From Clostridium polyendosporum (GTDB lineage Bacteria > Bacillota > Clostridia > Clostridiales > Clostridiaceae): a stretch of 64,000 bases of DNA. The translations under genes were made by a program, and so were the position numbers. Location: the NCBI RefSeq assembly GCF_018332455.1, contig NZ_BOPZ01000012.1:31443-95442 (forward strand). The letters are read 5' to 3'. The notes below the pieces were generated by a model. That model was not told the origin of the DNA and did no database searches. It saw nothing but the letters and a program-made list of their open reading frames with translations. Of this stretch, positions 19,730 through 28,714 are shown piece by piece (positions within the stretch are counted from its first letter, which is position 1; each line of letters opens with the position of its first letter).

Positions 19730-19963
19730 TTATAGTATAAAATAGATTTAAACATTTTACTTTATATGGAAAAAAGGAACGATTAACAAAGGAAAATAAC
19801 ATATATTAAAGACAAATATAGTTGGGCTATTTATGTGTAAACCCCCTGTAGCTGGCTGTTCTAGGTAGAATGCTCTGAATAAAGATCTACAATTTATTTG
19901 TTAAAATTAACTTTATGCAATGGCGCATTTAAACAGTCAAAAGTAATAGCAGGAGTTGGAAAA

Positions 19964-19992
19964 TTGACAAATTTCGATTCGTTAGTTATAAT
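19964..19992 (+). promoter_or_regulatory. Consensus sigma-A promoter (TTGACA-17-TATAAT) for the yabE-like gene
   Basis: A perfect -35 and -10 with a 17-nt spacer, about 35 nt upstream of the start codon. Confidence 0.6.
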
Positions 19993-20025
19993 GCAACATA
20001 TGCTCTTGCCAAAGGAGGGGAAGAA

Positions 20026-21042
20026 ATGGTAGAAAAAATAAAAGGTAACCTAAAAAAGATTTTTTCGAATAGTCCTAAGGCAAAAATCGTGTTGGGGCTT
20101 GTTATAATTGCAGGCTTGTCATTGACAATTTACAACATGAAAAAGACAGTAATAGTTAGTATAGACGGAAAAGAACAGACAGTAATGACATTTAAGAGGA
20201 CTGTTAAAGGGGCGTTACACGATAATGGAATAGTTTTAGGCCCAAAGGATAAAGTGGAGCCAAATTTGGACAGTAAGGTTTATAACAATGAAAAGATAGT
20301 GGTTAAAAAACCTGTTCAAGTTGAGGTTGTTGTAGATGGAAAAAATCTAAAGATAGAGACTGCAGAAAGTAATGTAAGTGATTTATTAGCTGCTGAAGGT
20401 ATAAAGTATGACGAGGTTGATAAGATATCTCCATCAGTAGATACCCAGGTGACAGCAGAAATGAAAGTCGAAATTACAAGAGTTGAGACTAAGGTAGTAA
20501 CAGAAAATCAAGATTTAGATTTTGATACAATAGTTAAAAATGATGACAATTTAGACAGTAGTGTTAGTAAGACAATTCAAGAAGGTATACTTGGAGAAAA
20601 AGAAGTGACCTACAAAATTCTATATGAAAATGGCAAGGAAGTAGAAAAGAATGTAATCTCAGAAAAGGTCATTAAAGAACCAACAACTAAGATTGTTGCT
20701 AAGGGAACAATGAATACAGTGGCTCTTTCAAGAGGTGAAAGTATAGGTTACAAGAAGAAACTATCAATGATTGCTACAGCTTATAGTGGCGATGGAATTA
20801 CAGCCACTGGAGTAGTTCCGAGGAGACAGCCAGGTGGATTGAGTACCATAGCAGTAGATCCTAGGGTAATTCCTTTGGGAACAAAGGTGTATATTCCAGG
20901 GTATGGATATGCAATGGCTCATGATACAGGTGGAGTAATAAAAAACAATAAAATAGATTTATTTATGAATTCTAATAGTGAAGCAATTTCATGGGGTGTA
21001 AGAAGAGTAGATGTTTATATTATTGCTTATCCAGGGCAATAA
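20026..21042 (+). CDS. YabE-like cell-wall protein (N-terminal TM, DUF348/G5-like middle region, C-terminal 3D domain)
   Basis: The C-terminal 3D-domain signature (…AYSGDGITATG…IAVDPRVIPLGTKVYIPGYGYAMAHDTGGVIKNNKIDLFM…) is present. The gene sits between tatD and rnmV as in Bacillus. Confidence 0.75.
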   Translation: MVEKIKGNLKKIFSNSPKAKIVLGLVIIAGLSLTIYNMKKTVIVSIDGKEQTVMTFKRTVKGALHDNGIVLGPKDKVEPNLDSKVYNNEKIVVKKPVQVEVVVDGKNLKIETAESNVSDLLAAEGIKYDEVDKISPSVDTQVTAEMKVEITRVETKVVTENQDLDFDTIVKNDDNLDSSVSKTIQEGILGEKEVTYKILYENGKEVEKNVISEKVIKEPTTKIVAKGTMNTVALSRGESIGYKKKLSMIATAYSGDGITATGVVPRRQPGGLSTIAVDPRVIPLGTKVYIPGYGYAMAHDTGGVIKNNKIDLFMNSNSEAISWGVRRVDVYIIAYPGQ

Positions 21043-21052
21043 TAATCTAAAA

Positions 21053-21088
21053 TGGAGATAACAGTTCTGTTATCTCTATTTTTTTTTT
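21053..21088 (+). terminator. Intrinsic terminator (ggagataacag…ctgttatctc + T10)
   Basis: A perfect stem followed by a long T run. Confidence 0.85.
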
Positions 21089-21254
21089 GCTTGGTAATAA
21101 TATTAATAAGTAGGGTCTTTATATTGAGTATCAAAGATATTTATAGTTGTTAAGTTTGAGATCATACTTTTTATATAATTATGATAAGTTGACATAATTC
21201 TCCCCAGTAGGTAAATTTAAATAGGAATTATTTAATTTGAAAGGAAGTTTTTTT

Positions 21255-21809
21255 GTGATCAAAGAAGTAATCGTTGTAGAGGGTAGGGATGACATTGCTG
21301 CAGTTAAAAGAGCAGTAGAAGCAGAAGTAATAGCAGTAGGTGGTTTTGGAATAAATAAACAAGTAATAGATAGAATAAAGGAAGCACAAAGGAGACAAGG
21401 TGTAATAGTACTAACGGATCCTGATTTTGCAGGAGAAAAGATAAGAAGGATCATTTCTAAAAGGGTACCAGATGTAAAGCATGCTTTTATAGCTAGAGAA
21501 GATGGCACTAAAGATGGAGATGTTGGTGTAGAGAATGCATCACCAGAAATAATTCTTAAGGCTCTTGAAAGTGCAAAAGCTGAAGAAAAAGTTAAGAGGG
21601 AAGAATTCACTACTCAAGATATGGTGTTTTTTAAACTAATAGGTGATCAAAAAGCTAAGGAAAGGAGACAACTTTTAGGTAAACAGCTAGGAATAGGCTA
21701 TGGTAATGGTAATCAGTTTCTTTCTAGATTAAATAATTATGGAATAACTAAAGAAGAGTTTGTTGAAGCTATAAAAAAGTTAGAAAATATTATTAGTACA
21801 GGAGAATAA
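21255..21809 (+). CDS. rnmV: Ribonuclease M5 (5S rRNA maturase, Toprim domain)
   Basis: The protein begins IKEVIVVEGRDDIAAVKRAVEAEVIA…VLTDPDFAGEKIRR. It probably starts at the GTG at 21255, which is preceded by aaaggaag. Confidence 0.85.
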   Translation: MIKEVIVVEGRDDIAAVKRAVEAEVIAVGGFGINKQVIDRIKEAQRRQGVIVLTDPDFAGEKIRRIISKRVPDVKHAFIAREDGTKDGDVGVENASPEIILKALESAKAEEKVKREEFTTQDMVFFKLIGDQKAKERRQLLGKQLGIGYGNGNQFLSRLNNYGITKEEFVEAIKKLENIISTGE

Positions 21810-21812
21810 TAA

Positions 21813-22661
21813 ATGGATATAAAAGATATAAAAACTCAAGAACTTGTAAAAAAATACAACTTTAAATTTTCAAAAAGTTTAGGACAAAACTTTTTAGTAG
21901 ATGGTTCTGTCTTAGAAGATATAGTTGAAGGAGCAGACGTATGTGAGGATGACTTAGTTATAGAGATAGGTCCTGGTGTTGGAACATTAACTGCTCAAAT
22001 TTTGAAAAAAGCTAAAAGAGTGGTTGCAGTAGAGCTTGATACGGACCTTATACCTATACTTGAAAATGAACTTGGAGATAATCCTAAGTTTTCTTTAATA
22101 CATAAAGATGCTCTAAAGGTTGATTTTAATGAAATCATAGGAGATGAAGAAAGTGTTAAACTTGTTGCTAATCTTCCTTACTATGTAACGACACCAATAA
22201 TAGCAAAACTATTAAATGAAGGATATAAATTTAAGTCCTTAACCATAATGATACAAAAAGAAGTTGCTGAACGAATAAATTCAGAACCAAATTGTAAGGA
22301 ATATGGTGCTTTATCTATACTTGTTCAATATTATTGTGATACAAGAATTGTAAGAAGAGTACCACCTTCATGTTTTATTCCAAGACCTAAAGTTGATTCT
22401 ATTGTAATAAGATTAGATAAACTTGAAAAACCTAGAGTTGATGTAAAAGATAAAAAATTATTCTTTGATGTGGTAAGAAACTCCTTTAACATGAGAAGAA
22501 AAACCCTTTGGAATGCAACAAAAGGTTTCAACCTTTCAAAGGAGGATTTGGAGAAAGCTTTTGAAAATAGTGATATAGACCAGAAGAGAAGAGGAGAAAC
22601 TTTAAGTCTTCAAGAATTTGCAAATCTTGCTAATGCCATTTATGATCAAATACATAAATAA
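21813..22661 (+). CDS. rsmA: 16S rRNA (adenine1518/1519-N6)-dimethyltransferase
   Basis: KsgA/RsmA motifs (…[12 protein letters not shown]…, …[12 protein letters not shown]…, …[11 protein letters not shown]…). Confidence 0.95.
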   Translation: MDIKDIKTQELVKKYNFKFSKSLGQNFLVDGSVLEDIVEGADVCEDDLVIEIGPGVGTLTAQILKKAKRVVAVELDTDLIPILENELGDNPKFSLIHKDALKVDFNEIIGDEESVKLVANLPYYVTTPIIAKLLNEGYKFKSLTIMIQKEVAERINSEPNCKEYGALSILVQYYCDTRIVRRVPPSCFIPRPKVDSIVIRLDKLEKPRVDVKDKKLFFDVVRNSFNMRRKTLWNATKGFNLSKEDLEKAFENSDIDQKRRGETLSLQEFANLANAIYDQIHK

Positions 22662-22680
22662 AATAATTGATTACATTAGA

Positions 22681-22712
22681 GGGAATTCAAAAAATTTGAG
22701 TTCCCTTTATTT
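22681..22712 (+). terminator. Intrinsic terminator after rsmA
   Basis: The stem gggaattcaaa/tttgagttccc followed by TTTATTT. Confidence 0.65.
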
Positions 22713-22776
22713 GTTGCCATTTCATAAAGTGAAATCTAGCTAAAACTGAGCAGACGTGATGTCTGGTCAGTTTTAC
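22700..22776. repeat. Dispersed repeat copy R9 (A+B)
   Basis: The sequence ttgttgccatttcataaagtgaaatctagctaaaactgagcagacgtgatgtctggtcag. Confidence 0.75.
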
Positions 22777-22936
22777 TTTTTAAAAACTTTTATGAATTAT
22801 ATTTTTCTATAAATTTAACTGTTATTAGTGAATTTTTCATTAGTATTAATTAAAAGGTACTAAAAATGAATTTGTAATATAACATTAAAACTATCATATA
22901 ATATAAAGAATAAATGTATGTGGAGGGACTGTTAAG

Positions 22937-24283
22937 TTGTCACACGGAAAATTATATAGGAGCTTCATAATATTACAAGAGGATGAGCGAGGATATTCAG
23001 TTTCAGGAGATAAACCTCTATCAGGATATGCTAAGATTGAGGCGAAGAATGACAAATGTAAAATATCTTTCTATGCACAAAATCTTAGAAAAGATGGGGA
23101 TAAGTGCTGTAGGGTTTTAATATGCTCAAGGAAAGATAAAAAGCAGCTTATTAAATTAGGACCGGTGAATATTAGTGAACAAGGTAAGGCAGAAGCAACT
23201 AGTGAGTTTACTGTAGATAACATAGGCGGAACAGGCATTCATTATGAAAAGATATCAGGTGCAGCTTTATGTAAAGAGAAAGCTGGTAAGATCATTTTTT
23301 TAATGGTGGGATTTATGAATGGAGAAATGCCTTCTGATGATTGGAAGAACTATAATATGATAACAGTAAAAACGAGTTCAGAAGAAGAATTTAAAGTAAT
23401 TGAAGAAAAGATTCAGGAAAAGATTGAAGTTAAAAAAGAAGAAATAAAAGTTGAAAAAGAGGATATTAAAGAAAAATGTCCAGAAGAAAAGATCGAATTT
23501 GAAATTAAAGAAGATATGAAAGAATATATGAAAGAAGATATGAAAGAGGATTATTCAATGGAAGAATATATGCAGGAAGAATATATGCAGGAAGAACGAC
23601 ATCGCAATAATGACAATAATCAAGATTATAATGAACATAATTATGATTATAAGCATGAGGAGATAGTTAAGAGTGAAATAGAAGAAGAATTAAAAGATAA
23701 AAAAGATTATAAAAATCATTATGAAGAAGAGGCGAAGAATATAAAAGCATTAGAAGAAGAAAGTAAATTTGATAATTACGAAAGACATATAGAAGATACA
23801 AAGAGAGAAGATACAAAGAGAGAAGATACAAAGAGAGAAGAAACAGATTGGGAAGATAATTTTACGATAAGGGGTAGTGTAGGAGAGTTTTTCCTAAGTG
23901 TAGTAGGTGATTTTGAAGAGGCAAGAGGTCATAAAGACATAAAATACTGTAAGTGGTATAAGGTTCCAGTTGAGAGCTTAGATGTAATGTGTAACATATC
24001 AAATTATAATAAATATACAGTGGTTTATTATCCAATGATAAATTACTATCCATACATTAAGAAACATGGACATTTTATGATAGGTTTTAAATGTGATGCA
24101 GCTGGAAAGATGAAGTATTTAGTCTATGCAATTGCTGGTACAAAGGATAAATCAAATCAACCTTATGGTGGAAAATCTGGCTTTGTAACTTGGATGCCAT
24201 ATCCAGATAGGGGTACGAATATAGGTTATTGGCTTATGTTCTATGATTTTAAGAATTCTATGGTCGTTGTACCAATGAAGTAG
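22937..24283 (+). CDS. Hypothetical protein with a central acidic/low-complexity tandem-repeat region (TTG start)
   Basis: A 448-aa ORF preceded by ggaggga. It has an N-terminal ~150-aa domain, a middle region rich in E/K/D/Y with repeats (MKEDMKE, EEYMQEEYMQEE, EDTKREDTKREDTKRE), and a C-terminal ~150-aa aromatic-rich domain. No family was recognised. Confidence 0.55.
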   Translation: MSHGKLYRSFIILQEDERGYSVSGDKPLSGYAKIEAKNDKCKISFYAQNLRKDGDKCCRVLICSRKDKKQLIKLGPVNISEQGKAEATSEFTVDNIGGTGIHYEKISGAALCKEKAGKIIFLMVGFMNGEMPSDDWKNYNMITVKTSSEEEFKVIEEKIQEKIEVKKEEIKVEKEDIKEKCPEEKIEFEIKEDMKEYMKEDMKEDYSMEEYMQEEYMQEERHRNNDNNQDYNEHNYDYKHEEIVKSEIEEELKDKKDYKNHYEEEAKNIKALEEESKFDNYERHIEDTKREDTKREDTKREETDWEDNFTIRGSVGEFFLSVVGDFEEARGHKDIKYCKWYKVPVESLDVMCNISNYNKYTVVYYPMINYYPYIKKHGHFMIGFKCDAAGKMKYLVYAIAGTKDKSNQPYGGKSGFVTWMPYPDRGTNIGYWLMFYDFKNSMVVVPMK

Positions 24284-24492
24284 TTCAGGATAAGCAATTT
24301 TGGTTCTAAGTTAGATTATGAACTTGTTTAATCGTAAATTACACATTATGAAGGTGTCGTATCAGTGCACGTTAAGGTGGTGTTGAACGGCTCCTTTTTA
24401 TATTTTGCATAGTTGTACAATATTATAATCATAAAAGTTCAGTACATATAGTATATTTTATCATGAAGGGTATATATTTAGGAGGGAATAAG

Positions 24493-25077
24493 GTGAATCA
24501 ATTTATTAATAAGAAGCAGCTCGGGGTAACTTTGATACTTATAGGTTTAATGATGGTACTTTTTTTAGCCCAAAAAGGTTTCAATGATAGATTAAAACTT
24601 GTCATGCTTATGGATAGTAATATAACAAACTTAAAAGAGTATAGTATAGGCACGGAAGGATATTCTTATAGCTTGCCAGCAGAATGGACAACTAATCAAA
24701 AGAGTTATCCAGGTAGTTATATTGTTTATCATAACTCTTTTAGAAGCGAGAGCATGGGAATTATAGGATATGTTGAAGTTATGAATTCAAAGGATGGGTT
24801 AGAACATATAACGATTAGTGATGGTAATAAATTACCACAAAATAAGGTGAAAGAATATAAATCATTAAAAACTAAAATAAACGATAAGGAAGGATATAGG
24901 ATATCTTACAAATTAAACTTAGATGAAGGTAAGCTTGTATACGATAACGTTTATTACATTAAAGTAGATGAGGAAAAGTACTTCAAGTTATTATTTAGCG
25001 TTGGAGAGGAGAAGTATAAAGAAAACCTTTTAGCAGTATTTGATGCCATAGTTGAGACTTGTAAGGTCAATAAATAA
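24493..25077 (+). CDS. Hypothetical membrane-anchored protein
   Basis: It has an N-terminal TM (LGVTLILIGLMMVLFLA). A GTG at 24493 lies 6 nt after ggaggg. Confidence 0.5.
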   Translation: MNQFINKKQLGVTLILIGLMMVLFLAQKGFNDRLKLVMLMDSNITNLKEYSIGTEGYSYSLPAEWTTNQKSYPGSYIVYHNSFRSESMGIIGYVEVMNSKDGLEHITISDGNKLPQNKVKEYKSLKTKINDKEGYRISYKLNLDEGKLVYDNVYYIKVDEEKYFKLLFSVGEEKYKENLLAVFDAIVETCKVNK

Positions 25078-25080
25078 AGT

Positions 25081-25205
25081 TGAGCAGGCATCGAGCCTAT
25101 TTAACTTGAGTCAGATTTCACTTCGTGAAATGATGGCAAATAAAGCTGAGAGGACATCGAGTCTAATCAGTTTTAACCAGGTTTCACTTTGTAAAATTGC
25201 AGGAA
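25081..25205. repeat. Dispersed repeat copy R10 (two tandem B+A units)
   Basis: The pattern is gagcaggcatcgagcct…cagatttcacttcgtgaaatgatggcaaat, then gagaggacatcgagtct…caggtttcactttgtaaaattgcagg. Confidence 0.75.
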
Positions 25206-25298
25206 ATAAGATTTGATTTAATATTCTAATAGTATTATAATTTATCTTAGAGTTACGGGAGAAGCATGTGCTTCTCCTATTTTTAAGGTGGTGAAAGT

Positions 25299-26069
25299 AT
25301 GAGACCAGTACTTTTTGAGATTCTTGAGATCAAGGTTTATGGTTATGGATTTATGATAGCTTTAGGAATTCTCTCTGCCATCACTCTGTTAAATTATAGA
25401 GCTAAAAATAAAAACTATAATGAAGATTACATTTTTAATATGGCAATATTTGCTGTGGTTTTAGGAATTATAGGTGGTAAGATTCTATATATAATTATAG
25501 ATTTAAAAAATTTAGCAAAAGATCCGATGAGTATACTTACAGACTTTGGATTAGGGTTTGTTATTTATGGTTCCATTATAGGTGGTATTTTAGCAATTTA
25601 TATATATTGCAGAATAATGAAATGGAATGTACTTGATATAGTTGATTTAACAATACCTAGTCTTCCTTTAGCGCAAGGTTTTGGTAGAATAGGCTGTTTT
25701 CTAGCAGGTTGTTGTTATGGAGTTCCAACAAGGCTTCCCATTGGAATTACTTTTCCTGATAACTGTTTAGCCCCATCAGCGGTATCACTATATCCTACTC
25801 AATTAGTTTCAGCACTTTTTGATTTTTTGCTTGCTGCTTTTTTGTTATGGTTTGATAGTAGAAATAAAAAAGCAGGTAGGGTATTTGGGGCATATCTTAT
25901 TATCTACAGTATAGGAAGATTTGCTATAGAATTTTTCAGGTACGATCCAAGGGGGAGTGTAGGAATTTTATCTACGTCACAATTTATTGCTATTTTTACA
26001 TTAATATTGGGATTAGTATTTTTTTATATTAACAATATAAAGGGGAGATTAGTAAAGGGTGAAAAATAA
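25299..26069 (+). CDS. lgt: Prolipoprotein diacylglyceryl transferase
   Basis: The Lgt signature (…GRIGCFLAGCCYG…) in a polytopic membrane protein. Confidence 0.9.
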   Translation: MRPVLFEILEIKVYGYGFMIALGILSAITLLNYRAKNKNYNEDYIFNMAIFAVVLGIIGGKILYIIIDLKNLAKDPMSILTDFGLGFVIYGSIIGGILAIYIYCRIMKWNVLDIVDLTIPSLPLAQGFGRIGCFLAGCCYGVPTRLPIGITFPDNCLAPSAVSLYPTQLVSALFDFLLAAFLLWFDSRNKKAGRVFGAYLIIYSIGRFAIEFFRYDPRGSVGILSTSQFIAIFTLILGLVFFYINNIKGRLVKGEK

Positions 26070-26883
26070 GCAAACACCAATTTTGATTAGTTTAGTTATA
26101 TTAATTTGTTTGTTTTTAACAAGCTGTAGTACTTTTGAAAACTTTCAAGTAAACATGGGGTGGAAAAACAAGGATTTTGATTATATAAAGAATAATAAAG
26201 TAGGTAAGATTGTTATTCAAAGTACTAGGGATACAGGTTTTCGTTTTGTTGTAACAGATCATAGAACCATAAGTGAACTATATTCATTACTTTCATCAGC
26301 GAAGGATGTAAGTAAAAAGTCAGGTCTTCAGGCCGATTATATATTTGAACTCCATATTGGAAAAGAAATAAAAAAGTTTAACTATGTAGTAGGTATATAT
26401 GACAAGAAGATAGGTAATTTTTATGATGAAAGTAATATTTATTCTGTGTCAAAGAGGTTAGATAATGATATAATTCAAAATCTTTCTTTTATAAGAAAAC
26501 CAAGAGAGTTTGAGAATGTATATTATCCATCTATATTACAAACATTGAAAGAAAATAAGGATACTCTTTTAGAGAGTGGCAAGGTTGGAATAGATTTATC
26601 AGGTGATGTAGATTGTGCAAAGTACATATTTTCTACTGATCTTGAAGATTTTAAGAGGGACTTAAAAGAAATATTACCCGATGCAGAAATTGTAAATCGT
26701 AATAAGGAAGATTTTCGTGTAATTGTATCTGTGAAGAATCAGGGATATAAGACAAAAACTTTTAAAACTATTGTTTCAATTGATAATAAAGATGATAAAA
26801 GTCAGACTAATTATTACGTTAATTGTACGTATGATAGTGATTGGCAGATAGAAATAAGTACAAGTAAGCCGAATTCTTGGTAA
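26059..26883 (+). CDS. Hypothetical lipoprotein (lipobox LTSC)
   Basis: A signal peptide ends in a L-T-S-C lipobox. The gene overlaps the lgt stop. Confidence 0.6.
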   Translation: MKNKQTPILISLVILICLFLTSCSTFENFQVNMGWKNKDFDYIKNNKVGKIVIQSTRDTGFRFVVTDHRTISELYSLLSSAKDVSKKSGLQADYIFELHIGKEIKKFNYVVGIYDKKIGNFYDESNIYSVSKRLDNDIIQNLSFIRKPREFENVYYPSILQTLKENKDTLLESGKVGIDLSGDVDCAKYIFSTDLEDFKRDLKEILPDAEIVNRNKEDFRVIVSVKNQGYKTKTFKTIVSIDNKDDKSQTNYYVNCTYDSDWQIEISTSKPNSW

Positions 26884-26901
26884 TAATAGGAGGTAAATAA
26901 A

Positions 26902-27741
26902 GTGGGAAATTGTTCAACTTGCACAAGTAAGGATAAGTGTTCTAGTAAAGGTGAATCAAATATTTGTATAAAAATAATGCCTAAGTATGGTAATGTTAAA
27001 AATATCATAGGTGTTATAAGTGGCAAAGGCGGAGTAGGTAAATCTACTGTAACTGGGATAATGGCTACTCAATTAAGAAAAAAAGGATATAAGGTTGGAG
27101 TACTTGATGCTGATATAACAGGTCCTTCAATGCCAAGATTCTTTGGTATAAATAAAAAGAGAGCAGAGATGATGCCAATAGATGATAAAAACAACTTTAA
27201 ATTTGTTCCAGTAGAAACAGCTATGGGAATAAAAGTTATGTCCATGAATCTTTTAACAGCATCAGAGGATCAACCAGTTATATGGAGAGGACCTGTTATA
27301 ACAGGTGTATTAAATCAAATGTACACTGATACTGAATGGGGAGATTTAGATTATCTTCTTATTGATATGCCTCCGGGAACAGGAGACATAGCACTTACAG
27401 TTATGGAGAACTTTCCAATTTCAGAACTAGTTATAGTTTCAACACCGCAAGATATGGTTTCAATGATAGTTAAGAAGGTTGTAGTAATGGCTCAGAAGGT
27501 TGGAGTAGCTATTAAGGGTGTTGTTGAAAATATGGCATATATAGAATGCGACGGCTGTGAAAAGAAGCTGAAGGTGTTTTCTAAGAAATCTTCAGAGGAA
27601 CATGCAGAATATCTTGGTTTACCTTTGATCTGTGAAATGCCAATAAGTTTGGATTTAACAGAAGCTTTAGAAGAAGGTAGAGCAGAAAGTTTTGTAGCTG
27701 ATAGTCCACTATATGATTTATTATTTAGTGCATTATATTAA
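26902..27741 (+). CDS. Mrp/NBP35-family iron-sulfur cluster carrier ATPase (ApbC-like), GTG start
   Basis: It has a P-loop GKGGVGKST. An N-terminal Cys-rich segment (CSTCTSKDKCSS) and a CxxC are also present. Confidence 0.85.
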   Translation: MGNCSTCTSKDKCSSKGESNICIKIMPKYGNVKNIIGVISGKGGVGKSTVTGIMATQLRKKGYKVGVLDADITGPSMPRFFGINKKRAEMMPIDDKNNFKFVPVETAMGIKVMSMNLLTASEDQPVIWRGPVITGVLNQMYTDTEWGDLDYLLIDMPPGTGDIALTVMENFPISELVIVSTPQDMVSMIVKKVVVMAQKVGVAIKGVVENMAYIECDGCEKKLKVFSKKSSEEHAEYLGLPLICEMPISLDLTEALEEGRAESFVADSPLYDLLFSALY

Positions 27742-27758
27742 TATTAATTAGAGTGAAA

Positions 27759-27786
27759 GGAGTATAGGAAACTATGCTCCTTTTAT
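27759..27786 (+). terminator. Probable intrinsic terminator after the mrp-like gene
   Basis: A stem ggagtatag/ctatgctcc followed by TTTTAT. Confidence 0.55.
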
Positions 27787-27942
27787 AATAAGAATTAGTT
27801 AAGTGTTATTTGCATAGAATTAATACAGATAATAAGTACAGTATATAATCATTTTAAAATAAGAATTCTTATTTTTTACATAATTTATGGTTAAAAAGAA
27901 ATAATACTATTGTCGTTAATTCTATTTAAAGGAGTGAAATAT

Positions 27943-28131
27943 ATGAAAGCTCATGTTGATCAGGATACTTGTATAGGATGTGGTTTATGTCCATCTATTT
28001 GTCCAGAAGTTTTTCAAATGAATGATGATGGAAAAGCAGAAGAAATCGTAGATGAAGTACCAACTACTGCTGAGGATTCAGCAAAAGAAGCTGCAGATGG
28101 TTGTCCTGTTAATGCTATTTCAACATCATAA
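27943..28131 (+). CDS. Small 4Fe-4S ferredoxin
   Basis: It has [12 protein letters not shown] and a distal C…CP. An SD aaaggag lies 8 nt upstream of the ATG at 27943. Confidence 0.8.
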   Translation: MKAHVDQDTCIGCGLCPSICPEVFQMNDDGKAEEIVDEVPTTAEDSAKEAADGCPVNAISTS

Positions 28132-28146
28132 TAATAAAGAAGTAAA

Positions 28147-28171
28147 AAGCAGCAAAATCGCTGCTTTTTTC
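28147..28171 (+). terminator. Intrinsic terminator after the ferredoxin gene (aagcagc…gctgctt + T6)
   Basis: A perfect hairpin followed by a T run. Confidence 0.85.
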
Positions 28172-28277
28172 TATGATATTCGTTAGATAAGTTATAAAAA
28201 TTAATGAATAAATTAATTCTCAGCTTAAGATATTTTTGGTGTATATTGCTAAATACAAACTAATTGTACAACTAATT

Positions 28278-28490
28278 CTAAAAGAAATCACTCAACTTAT
28301 TATTTGTTAGTCTATCATGTAAGAATGTATCAGAATTAATAGAACTAGTTGTAGAAATAGGGATATCCACTACATCACCTACTTTTACATTATTAGGTAA
28401 ACGGGAGGTTGAAATATCCATTGTTGTTCCATCTTCAAAAGAAATAAATACATCTGTTTGATTTAAATCTAGTACTTTACCTTTCATCAT
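28278..28490 (-). CDS. Small hypothetical protein, possibly DUF3006-like
   Basis: A 70-aa ORF. The pattern MKGKVLDLNQTDVFISFEDGTTMDIS…LPNNVKVGDVVDI resembles DUF3006 proteins. Confidence 0.4.
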   Translation of the reverse strand: MMKGKVLDLNQTDVFISFEDGTTMDISTSRLPNNVKVGDVVDIPISTTSSINSDTFLHDRLTNNKLSDFF

Positions 28491-28652
28491 GTCACCTCAT
28501 CTTAATAAAGTTACTATTAGTATTTTCTACCTGTGGAAAAGTTTTATTCATTGTTGTATTAAGTTGTTCTTATTTGTCTTAGTTATCTTTACTATAGATG
28601 CAATCTATTTCAAGTTATAATTATACATATGTAATATAAGTACTTATAAAGT

Positions 28653-28681
28653 AAAAAGCAGTTACAATAGGTAACTGCTTC
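28653..28681 (-). terminator. Intrinsic terminator for the DUF3048 lipoprotein gene
   Basis: A stem aagcagttac/gtaactgctt. The A run on the plus strand gives a T run on the minus strand. Confidence 0.7.
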
Positions 28682-28714
28682 AAGGATAAGTATTCCGAGT
28701 TTGGATTTTTATAG

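Noticed and set aside
19740-19960. Possible c-di-AMP (ydaO-type) riboswitch upstream of the yabE-like 3D-domain gene
   Set aside because: A consensus promoter sits only about 35 nt before the start codon, leaving no room for a riboswitch. No GGGGA…CCA-type conserved ydaO segments were seen.
21179-21610. 143-aa minus-strand ORF
   Set aside because: It is antisense to rnmV and has a low-complexity S/T/A composition, which is a typical shadow ORF.
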